From assembly GCA_024679065.1 (NCBI GenBank), contig JAGIQG010000043.1:1736001-1800000 (forward strand): a stretch of 64,000 nt of DNA, in the 5' to 3' direction. Below are positions 52,401 through 64,000 of the stretch, in pieces; position 1 is the stretch's first letter, and each line of letters begins with the position of its first letter. This stretch comes from Sphyrna mokarran. Its lineage: Eukaryota. Under the pieces are notes generated by a model. That model did no database searches, was not told where the DNA came from, and saw nothing but the letters and a program-made list of their open reading frames with translations. The translations under genes and the position numbers were made by a program.

Positions 52401-55400
52401 TTTAGAATTCAAAAAGAAGACACAAAAATAGCATAAGCGCACGTTATCTGAATGGCCATAGCATTTGGAACAAGGTAAATGAACTGACAGAACGAATCAT
52501 TGCAAACAATTATGATTTGGTGACAATTGCAGAAACATGGTTGAAAGATGGTCATGGCTGGGAGTTGAATATCCAAGGATGTCAAACTATTCGGAAGGAA
52601 TTACGGGAGGTGGCGTAGCTCTGAAATTTAAGGATGCGGTAGTGAGAGATGGTATAGGTTCTATGAAAAAAAGAAGTTACAATAGAAAGAGAAAAATGCC
52701 ACTGATAGACGTAGTCTATAGGCCATCAAATATGAAATCATGGTGGGACGAAAAATAAACAAAGAAAAAAAAACTGAGGCATGTAAAAATGGTACGGCAA
52801 TTATCATGGGGGATTTTAATCAAATATCAATTGGTCAAACTAAGTCGGTCAAGGCAGCCTTGAGGAGGAGTTCATAGAATGCATGCATGATAGCTTCCTT
52901 GAACAGTATATAATGGAAACGACAAGCTGTTCTAGATCTCGTCCTGTATAATGAGACAGGAATAATTAATTATCTTGCAGTTATGGGATCCTCTTGGAAG
53001 AAGCAGTCACAGTATGGTTGAATTTAAAATAAAGATGGAGCGTGCAAAGGTAAAATCCAATACCAGTGTCTTGTGCTTAAACGAAGGAGACTATAAAGGG
53101 ATGAGGGAGGAGTTGGGTAACGTAGACTGGGAGCAAAAACATTATGGTGAGACACTTGAAAAACAGTGGAGGATCTTCAAAGCGATCGTTCACAGTGTTC
53201 CACATAAGTATATAGTAATGACAAGAAAGTACTGGGAAAAAAAAAGTACTCCACCATGGATACATAAGGAAATAAAGGAGGGTATCAAATTGAAGTGAAA
53301 TGCATAGAAGCCAAAAAGATTAGTAAGGGCTTAGAGGATTGGGAAAAATGTAAAAGTGAGCAGAAAGCCACGAGAAAACGTTATATAAAAGATAAGAAGG
53401 ATTATGGACTAGCTCAAAATATAAAAAAAAACAGATAGCAAAATTTTCTACAAATATGTAAATCGAAAACGAGTGCTAAACGAAAACATTGCTCCTTTAG
53501 AGGATGAGAAGGGGAATGTAATAACTGGGAATGAAATAATGGCTGAGGCATTGAACGGGTAATTCGTGCCAGTTTCCACAGTAGAAAATACAAGTAACAT
53601 GCCAAAATTTGATGACAGGAAAGTTATAGCAGGTGAGAACCTAGAAACTATCAGTATCACGAAGGAGGCAGTGTTGGACAAATTATTGGGGCTAAAGGTA
53701 AACAAAGTTGGCACCCACCTTGTGCAGGAATCTGAAGAAATTGGTTTGCAAGTGCAGTAGATAATTAAGAAGGCAAATAGAATTTTGTCCTTCATTTTCG
53801 AGGGATGGATTTTAAAAACAACGAGATTATGTTGCAGATGTACAAATTGCTGGTGAGGCGATACCTGGAATACTGTGTACAGTTTTGGTTTCCTTACTTG
53901 AGAAAAAAAATATATACTTGCGTTGGGGAGGGAGTTCAGAGGAGATTCACTAAGTTGATTGCGGAGTTGAAAAGGTTGACTTACGAAGAGAAACTGAGTT
54001 GACTGGGCTTTACTCATTGGAATTCAGAAAAATGAGGTGAGATCTTATAGAAACATATAAGATTCTGAATGGAATAGACACGGTAGAAGCAGGGAGCATG
54101 TTTCCACTGGCGGATGAAACTGGAACTAGGGTGCACAGCCTCAAAATAAGGGGAAGCAGTTTTAAGTCTGAATTGAGGAGGAACGTCTTTACACAAAGGG
54201 TTGTGAATCTGTGGAATTCTCTGCCCAGTGAAGCAGTTGAGGCTACTGCATTGAATGTTTTTAAGGCAAGGGTAGATAGATTTTTGAGCCGTAAAGGAAT
54301 TAAGGGTTTTGGTCAGCAGGCGGGTAAGTGGAGCTGAGTCCACAAAAAGATCAGCCATCATCTTATTGAATGACAGAAAAGGCTTGAGGAGCCAGATTGA
54401 CAATCCCTGCTCCTATTTATTTGGTATTATGTCCTAATAGAGATAAGATCAGTTCTACACTGCAGGCACCTTAGAAACAGACAGTAGATAAGAGGTGAAA
54501 TTGACATTTTGCTCTGGAGGGCAGTGAATTAATTAATCTCGCTTTGCTCCCTTTTGATCAATTTACAAATACCTCCTCACACATAATATAAATTTAAATT
54601 TAGCATCCTGATGTCAGTAACTTTGTACAACATTATTAATCAGCCATAGACTCACAGAGTGCAGAAGGAGGCCATTCGAGCAATCGAGTCTGCGCAACAA
54701 TAATCCTACCCAGGCCTAATCCCCCATAACTTCATGAATTTACACTAGCTAGACCTCCGACACTAAGGAACAATTTAGCACTGCCAATTCATCTAACCTG
54801 CACATCTTTGGAAATCAGACCACGGGGAGAAAACCATGCAGACATGGGGAGAATGTGCAAACTCCATACTGACAATGACCCGGAATTGAACCCGAGCCCC
54901 TAGCGATATGAGGCAGCAATGCTAACTCCAGCATGCCACCGTGCCGCCCAATAATCGTATGGAAGTAGGCTTGATGACCTTAATGGGATATGCCTGCCCC
55001 AGTGCCGGTATTGTATATGTTTTAAGAGCAAATATAGAATTTAGGCTATTGGAAAACAGTCGAACACATCCCTCATACGGCGACTAATTGTCTGGCCGTG
55101 AATCTAGGCAAATCATGCAGTCGTACAGTGCAGAACAGGGACATTTAAGTGATCAAGTCTTCAACGACTCTCTAACAGAGCATTTTACCCATGCCCTATC
55201 CTTGTAACCTAACACATTTACACCGCTAATCCCCCAACCTATACATCTTGGAGCACTGAGGCACAATTTAGCACAGCAAATCCAATTTATCTGCACATTT
55301 TGGACAGCTAAGGGGCAATTTGCTTTCGCTAACCCAACAAACCTGCTCATTTTTGGATTATGGGAAGAAACCAGAGCATCCAGAGCAGACGCAAGTAGAG

Positions 55401-58400
55401 AGGGGAGAATGGATGTGAGATGCAGTATCCGGAACTGTACTGGAGGCCCAATTACTCGAGGCTGCCCAAACCGAATTGGAGAATAAATTAAATTGTTTAA
55501 AAAAAACAAACGAGGTCGAGGAGAATGATAGAATGTGACTGAGTTGTCCTTTCAGAAATGTAATGCAGATTATCAAAGAACAAAGAACAGTACAGCACAG
55601 TAGTAGAACTTTTGGCCTACTAGGCCTGCACCACTCACGGTGACCTATCTAGTCCAACCATCTGCACTCATCTGCCCATCCGTGTGTCTATTCAATAAGC
55701 CTTTGCAGTGCATTCCAGGCCCCTGCCTTCCTCTGTGTAAAGAACTTCCCTCGCACAGCTATACTGAACGTTTCGCTTTTACCAAGAACTTTTGCCCCCT
55801 TGTAATTGTCCCGGTGAGAAGCTACCAACTCTTCACATTAGCTACCAACTCTTCACTTAGCTACGCCTCTTATAATTTTATAGACTTCTATCAGGTCGCT
55901 CGTCGTCCTCTGTCTTTCCAGTATTGGGTAAATTGTTTGCCTGTCCGCTGTAATCATTCTGAAATTCCATAAACCTTGGGGAATGGAAGGATAAACCCAC
56001 GGGGGCTGCTGAAGGGTCTGTACATGAACCCTGAACTTTTAAAATTGAGAAATAAACCTAGAAAATTTATTTAAATCTATTTGAATCACTGGTTGGACAC
56101 GTGTATAGCATGGTCTTCAATTCTGAGAACCAACTTTTGGGAAGAATATTAAAAGCTTGAAGGAGATGTAAAGGAGAAATATCAGGAAGGAGTGAGCGAA
56201 TTCAGTTAACGGGGAGCGAAGGGAAGAGCTGGGCTTGTACTCCATCAAGCAGTCAAGGTTAAAAAAAATATATAATCAAAGTTCCAAACTCGAGAGCATT
56301 TGATTAGTAAAACAAAATCCACTGACAGTAAAGTCAATAAGAAGTCTCAGCAACACCAACTTAAAATCCAAAATGTTTATTTGATAGTAAAAGCCACTAG
56401 CTTTCAGCGTTTGCCCCTTCGTCAGTATCCTGTGAACTGTGTGTGTGCTTTTATATGCACCGTTTGTGATTAGAACTCCCAGTCACGAAGGGGCAAACCA
56501 CAAAAGCCAATGGCTTTTAGTACCAAATAAACCTGTTAGACTTTATTCTTGTGCTGTGAGACTTCTTACTGTGTTTACCTCCGTGCAACGGTGGCATTTC
56601 CACAACCTGAGTAATGTCAGTAACCGAGGAAGGGGTGGGGGTTGGGGGGAAGGGCAGAGACTGAAGATGATTGGTACAAAAAGCCCTCGAGTCATAGAGA
56701 TATACATCACCGAAACAGGCCCTTAAGCTCACCTCCTCCATGTCGACCAGACTTCCTAATCTGAAATGATCCCATTTGCCAGCGTTTGGCCCATATCCGC
56801 TAAAACGTTTGCATCCATGTTCTTGTCCAAATGCCTTCTAAATGTTCTAATTGTGCCTGGCTCTACCATCTCCTGTCTCAGCTCATTCCATGCAGGCATC
56901 ATCCTCAGTGTGCAAAAAGTTGCCCTTCAAGTCTGTTTTAAATCTTTCCCCTCTCACTTCAACCTATCCTCTCTAGTTTTGGTCCCCCCCCTTACTTGAG
57001 GAAAAGACATTGGCTTCTCACCTTATCTATGATTTTATAAATTTCTCTACGGTCGCCCGTCATCTCTTACGTTCACAAAAACATTCCAGCCTATCCAATT
57101 GTTCCTTTTAATTCAAGTCTTCTTGTCCCAGTAACATTTCTTTTAAGCATATTCCCAGTTAATATCATTCATATTATCAGAGCGAACATAATTATCAACT
57201 GTTGCCTTTCCGATGTCTTGTACAATTGTAACATTACGTCCCAGCTCCTATACTCAAGACTCTGATTTTTTTACGCACAATGACGTTTCGGGATCTGGAA
57301 CATTTGTTTAGAAAAGGCGGTGTGAACAGATACAATAGGAATTCCGAAAACGAGAATTTGGCTAATACTTGATGGTGAATAGCGTTTACGATTACGGAGG
57401 AAACGAGCAGTTGAAGTTGTGACAATCAACAAACCATGGGAAGATGACCGACTAGGTTCCTCCTGGGCATTATCCTTCTTTGAATCTGTTCACAAATCAG
57501 AATTTTTAACGATGCTTTCATCGTATCTAGGGAAGGAAGTGCTGGACTTGGAAAGGGTCCAAAGGAGGTTCACAAGAATGATCTCTGGAATGAAGAGAAT
57601 GGGGAAAGATTGTGGACTCTGAGTCTGTACTCGTTGGACTTCGGAAGGACAATTGGGGATCTTATTGAAACTTACAGGAAACTGCGAGGCCTGGACAGAG
57701 TGGAGGTGGAGAGGATGTTTCCATCACTGGGAAAAATTAAAAAAAAAGCGGAGGGCACAAACTCAGACTAAAGGCAACATCCTTTACACCAGAGATAAGG
57801 AGGGACTTGTTCAGTCAGATAGTAGTGAATCTGTAGAGCTCTTTCCCGCAGAGGGCTGTGGACGCCATATTGGACGTTGAATGTCTTTAAGACAGATAGA
57901 TTGTTTCGTGATCTATAACAGGATCCTGGGTTATGGAGAATTGGGGTGAGAAAAATATCAGCAACGGTTAAATAGCAGAGCAGATCCTTCTCCTATGTCT
58001 TGTGGTCTTGTGATCTTATACATATTGATACACTGTGAAAATGGTACAAATGATAGCGCTGTCAATTAATACATTTCTACTAGCAAATGTTGTGTCATCA
58101 ATTCTGTTCTGTGTGTTCATTCTTTTCTATCCATCCCACTAGCTGTGTTTAATTTTCCACACACCCCTGCTTTGGTGAATCCGTATTTTAATTGGGTCAC
58201 TTTTCCCTTCAGAGAACTCTGGAAAAGAATTATTTGTTCGATGTAAGTTTCTATTTTTTTTATCTCTATAGAATGGTGCACAAAGATGATTTCTATTGGA
58301 ATTCCTATCCTGATCATAATGATTCTACTGTTTATCCTTATTTCCATTTGGAGTTGTAAAAAAGGCAGATCAGGTGAGGATGAATGATCATCTGGGACAT

Positions 58401-61326
58401 TTTAGTACCCGTTTCTCCAATATGATTTCCTCCTTATAGATTTTAATTAGCTAACTATTTCTTCTTCTATTTTAGAAGACAGACACATAGGATCCCACAA
58501 TGAAACGTGAGTAAGACAAACATGTGCAAATCTCACTATCATTGTTCTTTCTATCTCCTATTTTATATTTTGTCAAACTGTTTCAACGCCCCCCCCCAAA
58601 AAAAAAACTGATTCCACTGGTGTGTCTCTATTTTCCATTATTTCTGTACGATTACTAGACAATCCTTCTTTCAACAATGCACAGCGCTTGAGATAGGATA
58701 TCCAAAATCTAACATTTGTATCGTGTTCTTTTTCCACATCCAACGTTCGCTTCATTGGGAGAAGGCAGCAAGAACGAAGTAAGGAACGAAAAACAGGTAA
58801 GCTTCTTTGACATGTCTGTGGAGGTCAAATGCCAGAATGAAAAGTAAATGTGGAGGAAGTTGATTGGCAGAGGCGTTTTCACGGAGAATGCACCAGTTGA
58901 TTCGTGATGATAGTTAACTGCGAAGAACTGTTTGAAAGAAAAGATGAATATTGAGTATTAGTGTGGGGGGGGGCAGGAGGGGGGAAGCATATCAGTGGGG
59001 CTATTGGCTTTGTGTTCATCAGCAAACACAAGAATAACAAATTTATGGGAAAAGATTGTACATTCTTTCTGCGAAGACAATGCCCCTGTTTTGCATGTGG
59101 ACTGTGCTTGGTTGCAGCTTTTTATCGAGAAAGCAGGAGTTAACTGATGATTTTGCGCTATGTACTTGCGTTTGTTAATGTAGAAACCTAGAAACTAGAA
59201 GGTGGAATAAGCCATTCGGCTATTTGAACCTGCTTTACTATTCATTATGATCATGACTGATCCCCCCCTCACCTTTCCCAATAGATCTTGATGCGTTTGG
59301 CTCCCAGAGCTATGTACAATTTCTTCCTGAAATCAGACAATCTTTTGGTCTCAAATAATTTCTGTGGCAATGAATTCCACACATTCGCCATCCTCTGGAT
59401 GAAGTAATTTCTCCTCAGCTCAGTTCTACAAGATTTTTCCCATATCTTCCAACTTTGACGCCATGTTCTCTACTATCTCACCATAGCAAAAAAAGAATCT
59501 GAACTTATCCTCTCCGATCTTCTCAGAATTGTATAAGTTTATTTGCGATCCCATCTCACTCATCTAAACTCCAGTGATTATAATCCTAACCGACTTAGTC
59601 TCTCCTTATATGATAGAACTAACATCCTAGGAATTAACTGGAAAATCCTCGCTGTTCGCCCTTTATAGCAAGGAGATCCTTCCTCAGATAGAGATACCAA
59701 AATGCACGCATTTTTTTCTCTCGAAACGTCCTATACAATAACAGCAAAACGTCCCTATCCCTGTACACAAATGTCCTCCCTATGAATGTCAATATGTTAT
59801 TTGCTTCTTTATTGCCTGATGTAAAGTTAAAAAAGAGGCCGTTTGACTGATTGGTCAAAGCATTGGCCCGATGAATGAACCAGGGAATGACATCACTTCC
59901 TTTGTTTAGTTGAGTCAGCTGCAACATGTACACTTGCTATTTCTGTCCACAATGTGTACTCTGTAACGTCAACAAGTTCAACAATCACACTTGTAGCTGC
60001 TGTTTTCACAAAAAGGAATAATATTAATACAAGTAGTGATATACTTGTTGCACAACAAGCGATCAGTACTGGTGGGAGATTTTCCTCATCCATCCATTGG
60101 CAACTTCGCACAGGATCAAGAAAAATTGGAGCAGTGAGAGGCCACCCTGTCCTTTGATCCTACTCTGCCATTCACTCTGAACATGGCTGATCATGTCATA
60201 CGAGAAGGACGTGGAGGCTTTGGAGAGGGTGCAGAAAAAGTTTACCAGGATGTTGCCTGATATGGAGAGTCTTAGCTATGAGGAGAGATTTGGTCAGCTA
60301 GGGTTGTTCTACATGGAAACTCAGATATCAGAGGCACATATTTTACACAGATGGGCTTGGAATGCACTGCCAAGCAAGGTGATAGAGGCGGGCACGGTGG
60401 GATCGTTTAAAACTTATCTGGATAGCCACATGAACAGGGTGGGAATGGAGGGGAATCAAACGAATGGCCTAGTTGGACCAATGAGCGGCGCAGGCTTGGA
60501 GAGCCGAAGGCCTGTTTCCTGTGCTGTGTTGCTCTTTGTTCTTTGACCACCCAACTCAGTAGCCTAGTAGCGCATTCTCCCCAGACCTTTTGGTCCCCTT
60601 CACCTACAGTGCTAAATCTAACTGCCTCTGAACAGTTGTGAAAAATACCTCGTGTTGGAAAGAAAATAAGTAGCTGTGTGATAATGATCATAGCCTGTCA
60701 ACATAGTTAGCATTGCTGCCTCGCAACATCAAGTACCCACCTTCGATTCCCAGCTTGATTCACTATCTGTGCTGAGTCTGCATGTTTCCCCCGAGTGGGT
60801 GTGTGGGTTTCTTCCGTGTGCTCCAGTTTCGTCCAACAGTCCGAAATACATGCTGGTTAGATGTATTGATGATGCTTAATTGTTCCGCAGTGTAGCAAAA
60901 CAAGCGCCAGTGTTTGGCGACCAGAGTATTTTTTACAGTAGTAACTTTGCTGTTTTAATATTAGCCCACTGCGACACTTTAAATTAAACTGTTGACATCC
61001 TGGTGATCATTGGCGCCCGATGTTTCGATGCACTTATAGATTGTATAGTTGAAGTGACATTTCAATTCATAGTTTAACCCTTAACACACAGGAGGTCACC
61101 GTCAAACAGAGGCAAAGTTGAAAACGCAGTGTGGAATACAGGTGAGTGCATTGAACCCCTTGTAATAAAATGCATTCGAATGAATTTTGGAAAAAAAGTT
61201 CCCATTGTTTTAACCATGTCGATCATTTCTATTGAATGTATTTCCCAGTCTCAGGGTGGACCTCTCTATGCCTCCCTGGATTTGGTTGCATTGGAAAAAA
61301 GGTCAAAAAAGAAGAGACAGAAATGA
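49374..61326 (+). CDS. Gene A: apparently intact 8-exon non-rearranging VJ-C1 IgSF type I membrane receptor (~337 aa) with an ITIM-like tail
   Basis: Exons 49374-49428, 50013-50345, 50436-50765, 58272-58373, 58476-58506, 58762-58796, 61092-61141, 61249-61326. All introns are GT-AG, intron phases chain 1,1,1,1,2,1,0, and the total is 1014 nt (337 aa + stop) with no internal stop. The small cytoplasmic exons are less certain than L/V/C/TM. Confidence 0.8.
50013..50345 (+). CDS. Gene A exon 2, V-set domain with germline-joined J-like G strand
   Basis: Motifs VGQTVNLTC, WYKQ, DSGSYYCAR, then LENGPTLLVG and G|gtaag. An alternative in-phase acceptor lies at 50019. Confidence 0.92.
50436..50765 (+). 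CDS. Gene A exon 3, Ig/TCR-like C1-set domain
   Basis: Motifs LVFVPP, VPLVCLVNG, IAVFWN, DGTYSIRSHVMVS, WRSGAVCTC. Acceptor tccag|AC after a 90-nt intron; donor G|gtgaaa. Confidence 0.92.
50830..51330. repeat. Degenerate TG/TA-rich minisatellite (ataaatatctgagtgtgtgt-like units) in gene A intron 3
   Basis: Recurrent aaatatctgag followed by (tg)n. Confidence 0.8.
51715..54435 (+). mobile_element. Degenerate CR1 in gene A intron 3, with ORF1 esterase, endonuclease and 3' end but the RT core deleted
   Basis: NSIVRG..CLPASRIKDV (ORF1), YLNGHSI/ETW/GDFN (endonuclease), then a jump near 53710 from LLGLKVNK to the post-RT region. Confidence 0.85.
56320..56605. repeat. Inverted-arm repeat (Penelope-like), related to 27540-27670
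   Basis: taagaagtctcagcaacacc...ttgccccttcgt recurs as the reverse complement at ~56485-56575. Confidence 0.55.
57510..58010 (+). mobile_element. Old CR1 3' fragment
   Basis: [15 protein letters not shown]. Confidence 0.75.
58272..58373 (+). CDS. Gene A exon 4, stalk Cys + transmembrane segment (EWCTKMISIGIPILIIMILLFILISIWSCKKGRS)
   Basis: Strong polypyrimidine acceptor, 102 nt phase 1-1, about 21 uncharged hydrophobic residues followed by a basic stop-transfer sequence, donor G|gtgagg. Confidence 0.85.
58476..58506 (+). CDS. Gene A cytoplasmic micro-exon (EDRHIGSHNET)
   Basis: Acceptor cttcttctattttag|, donor AC|gtgagt, phase 1-2. Confidence 0.65.
58762..58796 (+). CDS. Gene A cytoplasmic micro-exon (RQQERSKERKT)
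   Basis: Donor G|gtaagc; phase 2-1 is needed to join the neighbouring exons; acceptor at 58762 or 58765 (same frame). Confidence 0.55.
59180..59820 (-). mobile_element. Old CR1 3' fragment in gene A intron 6
   Basis: RDVLLLLYRT..YLRKDLLAIKGEQR. Confidence 0.7.
60195..60545 (+). mobile_element. CR1 3' fragment
   Basis: [18 protein letters not shown]. Confidence 0.8.
61092..61141 (+). CDS. Gene A cytoplasmic exon (GGHRQTEAKLKTQCGIQ)
   Basis: cacag| acceptor, CAG|gtgagt donor, phase 1-0. Confidence 0.65.
61249..61326 (+). CDS. Gene A terminal exon (SQGGPLYASLDLVALEKRSKKKRQK*)
   Basis: tttcccag| phase-0 acceptor, YxxL motif, stop at 61324-61326, AATAAA about 330 nt downstream. Confidence 0.75.
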   Translation, partial: SQGGPLYASLDLVALEKRSKKKRQK

Positions 61327-61652
61327 GAATGGGGGCACTTTGTCTATGATGTATATGACACAGGAGACTAAAAGTACCAATGCATGCTCCGCCTTGTGGA
61401 AATCAACATGGGAGCAAGTACATTCTCGTCAAACAGTTCAACTTTCCTCGCATACAGGCCACAGATTAGAAAGACTGGCTCATTTTATGAAATGTGTAAC
61501 GTGTCTTCTTCAGTATTGTGAAAGATATTCTATTATGTTTAGGTTTTTCAAGTGTGAAATGACACTAGGAACTTTTCTCTAAGCCTTCAATACAGATTCT
61601 ATAACTTCTGTTACTGACAGGATTGTTATTCATTTGAAAATTCATCTATGTA

Positions 61653-61663
61653 AATAAAATAAA
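61653..61663 (+). promoter_or_regulatory. Putative polyadenylation signal of gene A (two overlapping AATAAA)
   Basis: AATAAAATAAA downstream of the terminal exon. Confidence 0.5.
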
Positions 61664-64000
61664 TGATTCTTCGACTATAACGCTGCACCAGTGATTTCTA
61701 TTGACCAATAATTATGTTATAATTAAACATTACTTCATTTCAAATGTGAACCCGATGAGATTTGTGCCTGTGGCTTTTCTCTGCCTGTCCAGTGTGGATG
61801 GGTGGGGGCGGGGGCACTCTCTGCCCTTGTCAAACCGCAGGGGTGAATTCCGGTGAAAGGGGCGTGGGCGGAAATTCGGGATTCCTGACTGGCGTGGGGG
61901 TTCTTGGGATTCAGCAGAAATGCCTTTCCTGTCACTCTTGAATCCTTCACGAAGCAGGCGGCAGCCCAATAATGATGCAAAAACTTTAACTGGAAAGTGT
62001 TTAGTTCATTGACTAAGTTCATTTATTAGTCACAGGAAGGCTCACATTAACACTGCAATGAAGTTAAAGCAAAAATCCCCGAGTTGCCACACTCCTGTCG
62101 GCTGCACTAAAGGAAAAATTGGCATGGCCAATACATCTCATAGATACGCCCTTCGGATTGTGGGAGGGGAGCGGAGCTCCCCGAGAAAACCCACGCAGAC
62201 ATGGGGAGAACGTACACAGGTAGTGACAAAAACTGGGAATCAAACCCGACCCCAGATTAAGCGGCCAAGTGGTATTCACTTGGGTGTAGTTTGGCATAAT
62301 TCTTGACAAGAGAGAAACTGGTGGTGAGGCATCGGAGGGTGCGTTCGGAGATAAGTATTAATTCTCAAGCGAATTGGCTTGCTTGGGGACGTATCTGACT
62401 AAACGGGGCCAGCTGTGGCTGGCATTGGAGTGAAAAGGGTGACCTCGGGTTTTTCCTTGTGATTGAGAAGCCTTCCTTTTGCACCTCCATCGTCTCCTTG
62501 GAATGTTGCAGGGAACTTGTTCCACATCATTTGCCAGATGTCAAAAGTGGTGGTTCCTCTCTGTGTCTGATCTGAATTCTGAACTTCTGGCACTATGGAA
62601 ACCACGAAGGACATCTGGACTACTGCATGCCTGGACCTGTTAACTTCTCACAACATGGCGTAATCCTGTCCTCTTTCCAACGTACCAGGCCAGCTCACTC
62701 TCAAATTCTCTCACATGCAACGAGTGCAATTAAGGGTTATGGGGAGTCCGGTAAGTGGAACTGATCCACCTCAGATCAGCCATGCTCTTATTGAATGGCG
62801 GGGCAGGATCGAAGGGCTAGATGGCCTACTCCTGCTCCTGTTTTTTATGTTGTTATGAGTGTCGCTGACCCAGCATCCTTCTGCCTTCAAACCAGTGTTG
62901 GAAGTTGGCACAGCTTAGAGCAACCAGTGCAGCGCAACTTCCCACAAAGATTCACATGCCCTTCTGTCAGGAACCTTCAGTCATCATCACTTTCGTCACA
63001 TCCAGTTACTTATGAGGAGACGATGGCCCCCTAGTGTTACTGCAATGCCAATAATCCACAAACTCAGTTCATGTTCTGGGGGCCCAGGTTAATCCCGTCA
63101 TGGGCACTTAGTAAAATTTGAATTCAATAAAAAATGACTGGAATTAATTCACTAATGATCATGATACAATTGTCAGGAAAATCTCAGTTGATTCATTTAC
63201 AGTTGTTCGGGAAGTTGGTGACCTGGACACATAAAAGTTAAAAACTCGGCTATTTCTACTTTGTAGCCATTGATGCAAAGAAGGGCAAATCTTTATTACG
63301 TTTCCTGAAATCGATGTCTGTCTCTTTTGTTCGGTTGACATTGAGGGACAGATTATTGTTAACGCAACAGTTCATCATATTCTCCTTCTTGTTCCCGCAC
63401 TCCGTCCCATCATTGTTTGAGACTGTGTGAGGGTGTGTCAAACAACTTGCAAACCACGAGGTCTTTACTGCATCACGATGTTATGCAATTTTCATCTTCA
63501 CTGGTGACGCTGACCGAACGAGATAATTACCATTTCTTTGGAAATGTCTCCATCTAAAGGTGAGTAAATGTATTACAAAACTGCAAAGGTACATTACAAG
63601 TTTGTATACTTATGTAGTAAACTTATAATCAGAATCTAACTTTGTTTTTTTTTTGGGGGGGGGCGGGGTGGTGGGGGATGTGGCGGTGATGGTGGTGAGT
63701 GGAGAACATGTATCACAGTCGTATGTTGGAGCATAATAAGTTACATCTCAAAACAGTTCGCCTCTTGATTTGACGTGCCATTCTCTTAGAGAAAGTGCTG
63801 ATTGAAAGAAATATTGGTACAAAAGCAAACTACTGCAGATGCTAGAAATCTGAAATAAAATCTGAAAATCCTGAATAAACTCAATACGCCTGGAGCATCT
63901 ATGCAGAGAACAGAGTTAACGTTTTGGGATCCAAATGATCCTTCTATGCAGCTCTATATGGTAGAGACTGATGCTGGCTGCTCGGGGAGAACATCCATCA

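Overview
Repeat-rich vertebrate DNA, most likely from a cartilaginous fish (shark/ray): it has abundant CR1 LINEs with (TTCTATG)n tails and HE1/V-SINE-like tRNA-derived SINEs. There is one assembly gap (40751-40888). The non-repeat content is a small cluster of non-rearranging, antigen-receptor-like IgSF genes with the exon layout leader / single-exon VJ domain / Ig-type C1 domain / stalk-Cys + uncharged TM / several short cytoplasmic exons. Gene A (+, 49374-61326) can be assembled by hand into 8 phase-consistent exons encoding an intact protein of about 337 aa that ends in an ITIM-like YASL motif and a polybasic tail. Gene B (-, 21786 to at least 16321, possibly 13999) is divergently oriented and has a canonical YYC...FGNG J motif, but as assembled it has a 1-nt frameshift in its V exon. 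Gene C (+, 11483-12114) is an inverted, decayed copy of B. I found no complete recombination signal sequence at any V/J junction. An unidentified ~600-bp element with residual coding character occurs four times among these genes. All exon models were read by eye and lack transcript support.
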